DNA from: Ophelia neglecta
Lineage: Eukaryota
Assembly: GCA_965285935.1 (NCBI GenBank)
Contig: OZ260667.1
Location: 5,952,001-6,016,000 of the forward strand
DNA length: 64,000 nt
Direction of reading: 5' to 3'
A program made the translations under genes and the position numbers. Numbering within the stretch: position 1 is the first letter of the stretch; each line of letters starts with the position of its first letter. The notes under the pieces are model-generated. The model was given only the letters and a program-made list of their open reading frames with translations. It ran no database searches and was not told the origin of the DNA. Shown here in pieces: positions 13,465 to 24,152 of the stretch.

Positions 13465-16400
13465 CTATTTGACCTCACATTGACCCTCATTACCGTCCTG
13501 GTCGTCGGCAGGCCACCCCTTATATTTGACCTCACTTTGACCTTTGCCTCGTCGCTTCCGGTCTTCTACCATGCGCATGTGCTGCTCGGTAATGCTCATT
13601 ACTTCCGTATTGGAAGCAAAGTTTCCGGCGATGATGGGGACCGGGAGCGCGATAATCAGAATCCCGACGATTGCGCCGATGGCTCCAACTACTCGTCCCA
13701 GAATCGTCACCGGAAACACGTCACCGTACCCCACAGTGGTGAAGGTTATGACACCCCACCAAACTCCAACTAAGATATCACTAAATTGATTGTTCTCTGC
13801 ATCAATCTCTACGGCGTACACCAGCAAGCCAAGTGTTATGGAACCAAGTAGTATCATCAGAAGTAGTAACCCTAACTCGTTACTACTATGTTTAATGGCA
13901 GACACCATAACGCGCATACCGCGCAAATGCATTACACTGCGCACCAATGGGACTGCGCGCAGGGCCATGATTACGCAAAAGGGAACGGGGTACCTGGCAA
14001 TCCAAACAAGGTGCTCCATTACCGTGTAAGCCAGGAAAAATTGAAGTAGCAGGGAAATTATCTCCACCAAATTGATTGGCCTTGAGAAGTAGTATAATTT
14101 GCATGGTGATACTACTATCCGCAAGAAGGTTACTAAAGTTATTACTGATAGTAACCAGAAATCTAGGTCCTGCAGATATTTCTTTGGCATTGGGATCGTA
14201 AGGCTCTGGTTGTCGTCGGTGCCATTCAGCGAATGCTGTTGGATTCCACCATCCTGCTCTTTGAATGCCGCCATACTCTGGAGACACATGCCGACGATCC
14301 ACGCGAACATCACCAGGCACATTAACCAAGCGAATATCTGGAGACGAAAATATACACTTTGTATTGAATTCTCTGCGATAAAGACGGTCGAGGAAACACG
14401 TTATTACCAACCCCATGATTAATAGCAGTGTCATAAATTGTAATCTTGCAATAAGCTTGTTTTGGTTTTCCAGTGCCGCCACCAGCCGCTTCCCCATCCC
14501 CTGTCTCCCATCCCACCACTACCTACGCCCTGAGCATTATTCTTTTGACCTTATTCCGTTTCAGGGTATTGCCATCCCGCTCAAAGTCGCCCCGACCAAT
14601 CCTTCCATCTTCTCCAACCACGTATTCTGCTGTCAAGGATTAAATCCCCGCCCTTTCCTCCTCCTCCCCCCACCCTCTAGTCTCTCACCTACCCCCCCCC
14701 CCTCCTCCATCCCCCACACTCACCCTTGGTCCATATTCCGCTATATAAGTCCCTTCCAAGCCCCAACAGCCCCTTTTCTCTCTTACCCCTATCCCCCCCC
14801 CCTTCCCCCTCCACCTTTCCTAGGTATCCGCTGTAGTAGTACTCACCTTTGCTCGGATTCCGCTGTCCGGGTACTCCAGCCCTCACAGCACCTTATCTCT
14901 GTCTCTCCCCTACCCCCGCTCCCCCCCCCAGGTACTCACCGCTGTATGAGTACTCACCTTTGCTCGGATTCCGCTGTCAGGGTATTCCAGCCCCGCCCAC
15001 AGGCGCCCTCTCCAGCCTCGACGACATTCTTTCAGGAACTTCCTGCGCCTGCTAAGGTAGCTATGGACGTCCGTGATTCGCTGGACCACCGTGCACGTGT
15101 CCTTCATCTTGCCGAGGCAGCAAGGCATGACGAGCTCACAACCTACAACAAACATCCAACTAATACAGTCCCTTTTTATCCGCTAGCAAATAGGCATATC
15201 TGCTCAAAATCTATACATATGGGTAAATTATGGTTCTTAATGGTGGCGAATATGAAAAGCTAGCGATTTGCTAGTATTAACTGCGCAGAATTAAAATATT
15301 ATTGTAAATTTTATGCTTTTTCCATTGAGACATTTAAAACACCAACAATAAATAAGACACGTTAAGGTAAAAAGTTCTTGCTGCTAATATTAGGTGTTGG
15401 ATGGTATGTATATAGGGGGAGGGACCACTATATGGAAATAAGACTCTCATCCTCTTCTATATGTGATATAGTGTCCACAAAGGTAGTTCCTATGTGCCAG
15501 AGCTTTCTGCTGTGATATACTTGCATCCTTTGTTTTTACAATAGTCATATTATGTATTTTTTTATGTACGAAACAAAAAATCAATCAAACTATCAAATCA
15601 ATTTATCAGGCTAAGTTTATGAACATGACTCCAAAGCTGTAAAGGATGATTAAAGGATCCACCATTAGCCTGTATCAGGGTTATCTTTGGGGTCTGGAAA
15701 ATAAGCCTTGCTTTTAGTTGATAGGGTGAATACAGTCCTGACCAAGACAAAGGGATACGCCGAATCCCGGTGCATCCTGGGACGTGGATAATCGCAACCT
15801 GCCACCCAGCCTGCGGCGCTAGCTGCAGCGTCCTAGGACACAGCCGTGGTGGGTTAGTGCCAAGCTGACATGTATTAGTCCGCCCGGTGTAAAAGTTTGT
15901 TGAGGCCCCTGAGTGGAAGGGTACCCCCGGACTACTTTTACTAACGCCAACCCGATTCCGGGAGTTCCCCGGTCTAGAAAATTTAGTATATCAGCGATCC
16001 GTCTACCGGTCCCAAAATCCAGGGAAATTTCGTCCCCGGGGGTCCTATTACTCTATAGGGTTTAAGTTCGGGTGACTTAACAATCGGAGGACCAAATAAT
16101 CTTATACATATGTGTTAACTTTTCGGATCCCCCTGGCTGGACCCCCCCTCCCCCTCCCCCGCCCCAGACAACATTTTACTGACCATTTCAGCCAGGCTGT
16201 AGACTTACCTAATCCCCAGAATTCCATCTCTTTGTGGACGAGGGGCGCGCATAGCCCGTCGGGAATGTGTAACTCCCCGGTCTCGTAGAAGTCCAACAGA
16301 CACTCCACAATAGTCGGCTTCCTGGGGAAAGGAATGCAGATACACGTCTATTGTTTGTTTAAATGCATAATAGAGGTGCATTCACTTGGTCAAAGAACCG

Positions 16401-17496
16401 AGCTATAGACCTGGGTCTACGGGGCAGGTTCTGTGATCTGTGGAGGGCCACCATGTTGGATGAAAAATTAGAATTAATAGGTAGGAGGAGGCGGGGGGGG
16501 GGGGGGGGATAAATAAATATTAGTGACTATGAACATGGGTATTTGGACAGGGTTTTGTTTTTCCTGCTAAAGGGTTGTCTGCTTCCCGGTATAATCGGCT
16601 AATTTTTGTTTGATTCTGACCATCAAGTATCTTACAGTGAAACCTGTCTAATCAGGTCAGTCAAGGGACTGGAAAAAACTGATCACATTATGTAGGTGAC
16701 CTTAATAGGCAGGTCAATCAACAAAGGCATAAATGGGGAGTGGACCATCATTAAATGACCTTAGTGGACAGGTAACATTATTACACAGGTGACCACAAAC
16801 ACACACTGTATTTCCGTGGGCAAAAAGTATGGCTACTGGCTGCACGGTATAAAACATAGCGCACAAATACCCGCTACTGACTTCTCCTGCACATAATAAC
16901 CTTATTTTTTAGACATTGATAAATTCCCATTCATATTTCAAGTTTCTACCTAGAAAGATGATAACCTATCGGTCATATTATGCCAAATATCCGTCTTGGG
17001 TATATCTGTCTTAATTTTTGCTGGTTTGGTCCATAAGGAAAACCGTTTATGTTGATATATTGTGTACAGCTTGGGCTTTGAGTAACTCTCGCTGCAAACA
17101 AATTCAAATACTGGTTAAAACTTATAGATAGGCCTATATGTCACATATTATCCCAGCGTCTAACCTGTTAATGTAGACGGGTCTCCGCTTGGTGTCGCTG
17201 TCTTCTTTCCATTTCCGGCCAATTAGCGCTAAGGTCGATTGTGGCGCCCTCTCTAGACTTTTGATATCAACGGCGTATTCCGATCCACGGACGTTCAATA
17301 ATAGTTTTTCCTCGTCTTGCCGCCGAAAGAGGGCGTCCACAACTTTTTCCCGCTCATCCTCTGTGACGTGTTCAAGGTCACAAACCTGCGTTTCAGGCAC
17401 TGGTGACGTTTTGGAGGTAGCCCCGAGCACACGGGTCACGCCCTTAGTAGCAGCAGGTTCACGAAGCCTCCCCCGAATGATGTTCCAACGCAACAT
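13465..17496 (-). CDS. Divergent Shaw/Kv3-like voltage-gated K+ channel subunit with degenerate voltage sensor (4 exons, ~500 aa)
   Basis: Exons 17496-17165, 16321-16209, 15142-14958 and 14337-13465 have GT-AG introns with consistent phases and total 1503 nt. The T1/BTB domain has the non-Shaker Zn motif (LDFYETGELHIPDGLC...EMEFWGLGCELVMPCC). S1-S6 are present, with pore WWGVITFTTVGYGDVFP and S6 ALPVPIIAGNF. Confidence 0.9.
16633..16810. mobile_element. Tc1/mariner-pogo type MITE (TA-CAGTG...CACTG-TA), family B
   Basis: TA TSD and CAGTG ends. The body is the reverse complement of 38636-38818. Confidence 0.75.
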
Positions 17497-17544
17497 CTAT
17501 AACTTAAATCCAGCAATCACTTATAGTATTGTACTTAATTAATC

Positions 17545-17728
17545 TACAGTGAAAACTGCCTTAAAGACCACCTCCTTAATCAGACCACCTGTCTATTCAG
17601 ACCACTAATATGAGGCATGTATTGTATACTTTTTAAATTTTAAATAAACTGTCTACACATACCACCTCTTTATTCAGACCAGTATTTTCAAGTCCCTTGG
17701 GTGGTCTCAATTCACAGGTTTCACTGTA
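17545..17728. mobile_element. Tc1/mariner-pogo type MITE, family C
   Basis: tacagtgaaaactg...caggtttcactgta with gaccacct sub-repeats. Homologous to 20791-20963 and 39514-39666, and to degenerate copies at ~27130-27295, ~33057-33222, ~39673-39830 and ~20198-20352. Confidence 0.8.
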
Positions 17729-18074
17729 ATTATATTAAATGGACCTCGTTAATATAACAACAGATAGTTTCATGTACGTAATAGAGGTTTCGGTTAATGC
17801 TCCTGTGAAGCAGGATAGAACCTAGTCTTAAACAGATTAGATCCCGAGTTGTTTACAGGATAAAACCGCTTAGAGACCCGTTTTAAGCAGGTTATAATCC
17901 CTGTTTAACCGGTTCAGATTCCGGCGCTATTTCCCGTGATAATCAGGTTAAAGGATCACCTGTTAAACCGGTTAAAACAGCTTATGTCTCGTGGTATACA
18001 GGTCGGCGTCTCGCGGTAAACAAGGTCGAGTCTCTCAAACAGGCAAGTTTGCAAGTCAAGTTGTTTGCAGACGA

Positions 18075-18470
18075 GAGTCCAGTGTATAACAAGATACAGC
18101 CCAGTGTTAAAAAAGCGAGAGCCCAGTGTTAAAAAAGCGTGAGCCCAGTGTTAAACTAGCGGGAGTCCAGTGTTCAACTAGCTAGAGTCCAGTGTTCAAC
18201 TAGCTAGAGTCCAGTGTTAAACTAGCTAGAGTCCAGTGTTAAACAAGCTAGAGTCCAGTGTTAAACAAGCGAGAGTCCAGTGTTAAACTAGCTAGAGTCC
18301 AGTGTTAAACTAGCTAGAGTCCAGTGTTAAACTAGCTAGAGTCCAGTGTTAAACAAGCGAGAGTCCAGAGTTTAACAAGCTAGAGCCCAGTGTTAAACAA
18401 GCGAGAGTCCAGTGTTAAACAAGCGAGAGTCCAGTGTTAAACAAGCGAGAGTCCAGTTTTTAACAAGATA
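18075..18470. repeat. Minisatellite, 22-bp unit (ccagtgttaaactagctagagt), ~17 copies
   Basis: Direct tandem periodicity of 22 nt. Confidence 0.95.
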
Positions 18471-18868
18471 TAGGGTCCATTGATTTGCCTCGCTCAACCA
18501 GTGTTTCCGGTATAAGACTTCAGTGTTAAAGATATCCGTCCTGTGTTGAAAAGGTAAGAGTTCCGTGTTAAGCTTTGTTTCGAACGGACTATTAACGTAT
18601 TAACTAATTGATTCCCGAGCTTAACAAAAGTAGAGTCCTGTGTTTAAGACGATAGAGCTTAAGAACCACCAGGTTAAGTTCTCTGCCTTTTACTGAAGCT
18701 ACATACGTATTCCTCGACAGCTAAGGCTGTTTGTGTGAGCTCAAACTATCGATTTAGTCGCGACGAAGCCATCGTTATGTACATTTGTTTGGTAAGATCA
18801 TTCTTTCATGCGTATATATGATATTAAAGAATAATGTAATTATCGCGATTGTTCGGCGGAATCATCCC

Positions 18869-19070
18869 CAGTGGCGGATCCAGGATTTCAGGGAGGGGGA
18901 GGGGCCCAAAATTCTCCAAGGATGACAAGGTAAATGTCTAGTTTGTCCTTGTTACCAACTCTCTGAAAGCACCTTGCGTGGGTCCAGAATTAGGCCCTGG
19001 TTCGGGCCCACTTTTCGGTCAAAAGGGGGGGCTTGGCCCCCTTCTCCTCCTCCCCCTGAATCCGCCACTG
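18869..19070. mobile_element. MITE, family A copy
   Basis: cagtggcggatccag...ctgaatccgccactg TIRs; same core (caaggNNgacaagg..aatgtct..gttaccaac.ctctgaaa..ccttgcgtgggtc). Confidence 0.8.
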
Positions 19071-19621
19071 GTCCCTCTGATCAATACTTTGCGGTGTCGC
19101 CTTGTGCGTGCAAACAGGCTATGAAATGTCATCTCGTTTCGAGTTAAAGGCTAACGAGGGGCCACATTAAATATTTACCGTTCAGTCCCATTCAGCTGAC
19201 GAGCAATGACGACTGTATTGTGATAACTGAATTGGTTGTGTATACCCCAGGGACTGGAAATGCAGCCAACCAACACTTTTCGCCAGCTAGAATGTTTATG
19301 CGAGAATCGCGAAAATTTCCATTTTTTAATAAGCCTATGAAGCCCCATCCGGCAGCTCTACCGGATGTTAACAATTCTTGACTTAAAGAAAATATTTGAA
19401 TTTGAATTGGCTCATTTTGACCTAAGTCAGCCTCCCTGTTTGACATTACAACGGATAGAAGGTAGACTACATTTGACGAAGGCGAAGAGTAGGAAAGGAT
19501 TTTCTATTCCCTTAATTAAAAAGTTCCAGATTGACCGTATGAAATAATCATTTAAAAATAGATCTAATATTATTTTTCAGATGGCAGCGTAGTAGAATGT
19601 CATCCTGGCCGACACCAAGGG

Positions 19622-19790
19622 AAGCTAGCTCTTCTTAGGATGTTGGTTGTTTGAGGTTTTACGTGGCTTTCAACACTTATCTGGTCATATCGCCCTGGTG
19701 CCTACTTGTGACATTGGGCTCAATGCCCTCTTTAGAGTGCTGCTTCACTGGAGTACCTACCGTAGACACCAGACAGGGAACCCCTAGGAG
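19622..19790 (-). mobile_element. SINE fragment (3' part; Meta-type core is tentative)
   Basis: Reverse complement of 36960-37075; ends in a typical SINE tail (gttgaaagccacgtaaaacctcaaacaaccaa on the minus strand). Confidence 0.65.
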
Positions 19791-20790
19791 CTTCTTAGGA
19801 GTCTGTCGCAGTTATTAGCCGGTAGGTGGAGTTCTCTTGTCACGTGGTCGTCAACGACATGTATATATGAATCTATGGAGCCAAGCCACACGCTCACACT
19901 CGGTTAGGTGACCCCCTTCGAAAAGGACACCCCCTTCCAGGGAGATTAAGTCTCGGGTGGGTGTGGATCGTCCCCCCTCCCCCCTCCCCGGCCCTCCCCC
20001 ACAAAGCGTCAGATTAAATAAATTTGGCGTTGTTGGGCACTGCGGAAAAGTGGCGAAAATTTCCTAGGCCAAATCAAACGTTAGGGCTATTGATTTGCCA
20101 CTTTAGTTGCCCGGACATAATTAAGTCGCCCAAAAAAAAAGATATAAATCCACTAATAGAATAACAATGTCTATTCTGTGTTTTTATCTATTCTGTGTAC
20201 AGTGAAACCCTAACAATTAGGGACAGCCTCTTTTCTCAGTTGTTCTTATTTCACAGGTTACTTTATATGCAAAGTATTGCAACTGTACTAAAAAAAGTCC
20301 TTAATAGTCAGTGTGTACTTAATTGTCAGGTGTCTTTAAGCCAGGTTTTATTGTTTTCTGTGTACATGTGTAGTCATGGTGATTGATGTAGTCACCAGGG
20401 CAATAATTGAGGCTACCTGGTCATTATTTACCAGAAGACTGAATTGATTGCATCCTAAACTTCAAAAAAATAACATTAGTGCGATGTTTGCAGCTATTTC
20501 ATCCGTATTTCCTGTAATTTTCATGCCTATTGCACCGCCCATCTTTGAGCTAACTCTGCCACAATAACGTGGGGGTTTTTACCCATAGCTATTATTAACT
20601 CATTACAACTTGTAAATAATATTTATTGGCGTACATTGTGTTTACAACATCCTGCTGGAAAATACCAAGCAGACTGATTGATTCAATAATATTAAACACT
20701 TAAACACTGGAAAGCCTTAATTAAGTACATTTGGCATGTTTTAAAGCACGAATCCCTCACCGGCCTCCGCTCGAATAAAAGTAAATAATG

Positions 20791-20963
20791 TACAGTGAAA
20801 CCTGCCTTTACTATATACAGACTACCTGGAAATAATTACCACTTATTTGAAGACCCTACTGCATAAATTCAATGTAAAATAATCTGTCTAAACAGGCCAC
20901 CTCCATAATCAGACCAGTATTTTCCAGTCCCTTGGGTGGTCTCAATTCACAGGTTTCACTGTA
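20791..20963. mobile_element. Tc1/mariner-pogo type MITE, family C copy
   Basis: tacagtgaaacctg...caggtttcactgta; the 3' half is nearly identical to 17675-17728. Confidence 0.8.
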
Positions 20964-21277
20964 TGTGTTAAACACCAGTTATTACCGAAAATTCATCATA
21001 GTGGTACTACTTCATCGTGAAACTTGTTCATTGGCGTTAACTACTTAAGAAATGTCCCCTCGCAGAACAGATGTAATTTTGATCACCACTATTGTTATTT
21101 TGTAGTAGTATTGAATATGGAAACAGTTTGAGCAGCCCACATTTAATGCGCTCAATAGATTCCAGAATATAGATTTACATTTAAAAACCTCTAGGAAAAC
21201 CGGTTGTAGGAGGTACCATTGATCTGACTTTCTCCCAGCAATGGCTAGACGATATGTCTTAAAGTCCTAAGCATTTT

Positions 21278-23870
21278 GCTGAACGATCTGTGAATTGTCC
21301 TAGACTCCTTGGCGTTAAACTGAACGATCTGTGATCTGTCCTAGACTCCTTGGCGTTAAACTGAACGATCTGTGATCTGTCCTAGACTCCTTGGCGTTAT
21401 GATCTGTCCTAGACTCCTTGGCGTTAAATTGAACGATTTGTGATCTGTCCTAGACTCCTTGGCGTTAAATTGAACGATTTGTGATCTGTCCTAAACTCCT
21501 TGGCGTTAAACTGAACGATCTGTGATCTGTCCTGAACTCTTTGGCGTTAAACTGAACTATCTGTGATCTGTCCTAGACTCCTTGGCGACTCCTTGGCGTT
21601 AAACTGAACGATCTGTGATCTGTCCTAGACTCCTTGGCGTTAAACTGAACGATCTGTGATCTGTCCTAGACTCCTTGGCGTTAAACTGAACGATCTGTGA
21701 TCTGTCCTAGACTCCTTGGCGACTCCTTGGTGTTAAACTGAACGATCTGTGATCTGTCCTAGCCTCCTTGGCGTTAAACTGAACGATCTGTGATCTGTCC
21801 TAAACTCCTTGGCGTTAAACTGAACGATCTGTGATCTGTCCTAGACTCCTTGGCGTTAAACTGAACGATTTGTGATCTGTCCTAGACTCCTTGGCGTTAA
21901 ACTGAACGATCTGTGATCTGTCCTAGACTCCTTGGCGACTCCTTGGCGTTAAACTGAACGATCTGTGATCTGTCCTAGACTCCTTGGCGTTAAACTGAAC
22001 GATCTGTGATCTGTCCTAGACTCCTTGGCGTTAAACTGAACGATCTGTGATCTGTCCTAGACTCCTTGGCGTTTAACTGGACTATCTGTGATCTGTCCTA
22101 GACTCCTTGGCGTTAAACTGAACGATCTGTGATCTGTCCTAAACTCCTTGGCGTTAAACTGAACTATCTGTGATCTGTCCTAGACTCCTTGGCGTTAAAC
22201 TGAACGATCTGTGATCTGTCCTAGACTCCTTGGCGTTAAACTGAACGATTTGTGATCTGTCCTAGACTCCTTGGCGTTAAACTGAACGATCTGTGATCTG
22301 TCCTAGACTCCTTGGCGACTCCTTGGCGTTAAACTGAACTATCTGTGATCTGTCCTAAACTCCTTGGCGTTTAACTGAACTATCTGTGATCTGTCCTAAA
22401 CTCCTTGGCGTTAAACTGAACGATCTGTGATCTGTCCTAAACTCCTTGGCGTTTAACTGAACGATCTGTGATCTGTCCTAGACTTCTTGGCGTTAAACTG
22501 AACGATCTGTGATCTGTCCTAGACTCCTTGGCGTTAAACTGAACGATCTGTGATCTGTCCTAGACTCCTTGGCGTTAAATTGAACGATTTGTGATCTGTC
22601 CTAGACTCCTTGGCGTTAAATTGAACGATTTGTGATCTGTCCTAGACTCCTTGGCGTTAAACTGAACGATCTGTGATCTGTCCTAGACTCCTTGGCGTTA
22701 AACTGAACGATCTGTGATCTGTCCTAAACTCCTTGGCGTTTAACTGAACTATCTGTGATCTGTCCTAAACTCCTTGGCGTTTAACTGAACTACCTGTGAT
22801 CTGTCCTAAACTCCTTGGCGTTTAACTGAACTATCTGTGATCTGTCCTAGACTCCTTGGCGTTAAACTGAACGATCTGTGATCTGTCCTAGACTCCTTGG
22901 CGTTAAACTGAACGATCTTGACGTTTAACTGAACTATCTATGATCTGTCCTAAACTCCTTGGCGTTAAACTGAACGATCTGTGATCTGTCCTAAACTCCT
23001 TGGCGTTAAACTGAACGATCTGTCCTAAACTCCTTGGCGATTAACTGAACTATCTGTGATCTGTCCTAAACTCCTTGGCGTTTAACTGGACTATCTGTGA
23101 TCTGTCCTAGACTCCTTGGCGTTTAACTGAACGATCTGTGATCTGTCCTAAACTCCTTGGCGTTTAACTGAACTATCTGTGATCTGTCCTAGACTCCTTG
23201 GCGTTTAACTGAACTATCTGTGATCTGTCCTAGACTCCTTGGCGTTAAACTGAACTATCTGTGATCTGTCCTAAACTCCTGGGCGTTTAACTGAACGATC
23301 TGTGATCTGTCCTAGACTCCTTGGCGTTAAACTGAACGATCTGTGATCTGTCCTAGACTCCTTGGCGTTATGATCTGTCCTAGACTCCTTGGCGTTAAAC
23401 TGAACGATCTGTGATCTGTCCTAGACTCCTTGGCGTTAAACTGAACGATCTGTGATCTGTCCTAGACTCCTTGGCGTTTAACTGAACTATCTGTGATCTG
23501 TCCTAGACTCCTTGGCGTTATGATCTGTCCTAGACTCCTTGGCGTTAAACTGAACGATCTGTGATCTGTCCTAGACTCCTTAGCTTAATACAGAACGATC
23601 TGTGATCTGCACTGAATTCGGTGCTCAACTTCTCAGCTGTTTCCTGAACGATGTGTCTTGAAACTGAACGATCTGTGATTTGTCTTAACGCCTTAGCTTT
23701 TACTGAACGATCTTTCTTAAACTCCTTGGCGTTAAACTGAACTATTTGTGATCTGTCCTGAAATCCCTTAGCCTTTGACCGAATGATCTGTATCTGTCTT
23801 TAACTCTTTAGCCTTTTGCAGAACGATCTGTCCTAAACTCCTTAGCCTTACATTGAACGATCTGTGACAT
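21278..23870. repeat. Satellite array, 41-bp unit (ctgaacgatctgtgatctgtcctagactccttggcgttaaa), ~60 copies, degenerating at the right end
   Basis: Head-to-tail repeats with no unique spacers; recurring variants (gactccttggc slippage, internal deletions). Confidence 0.97.
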
Positions 23871-24152
23871 GTGCTGGCCCCTTAGTCTATAACTTAGAGC
23901 CTGCTACCAAAGCCAAACTTGGCTAACATTAAATAAATAACATAACGTTTTTAAGTGTATTTATCGTCGACAAATTTAAAAATAAAAATTTCAATAGATC
24001 TACCCCCGGCGCATTCCTAGTGGACTTAAATGACTTAGGCTGGTTTAGCAGAGGGTACAGTCCTTTGCCATGACTACGGAAATATTTACCATGGTTACCA
24101 AAAATCAATATGTTCACATGAGTTAGGTCCACTTTCCGGCGGAATCCTGTTA

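Noticed and set aside
14415-15263. 282-aa Pro-rich plus-strand ORF, and similar Pro/Gly-rich ORFs at 26537-26908, 28221-28532 and 52303-52812
   Set aside because: Produced by C- or G-rich low-complexity intronic tracts and antisense exon sequence; no domain motifs.
21278-23870. CRISPR-like appearance of the 41-bp array (and of the 40-bp array at 55605-56612)
   Set aside because: Units are head-to-tail with no unique spacers, there are no cas genes, and the context is eukaryotic.
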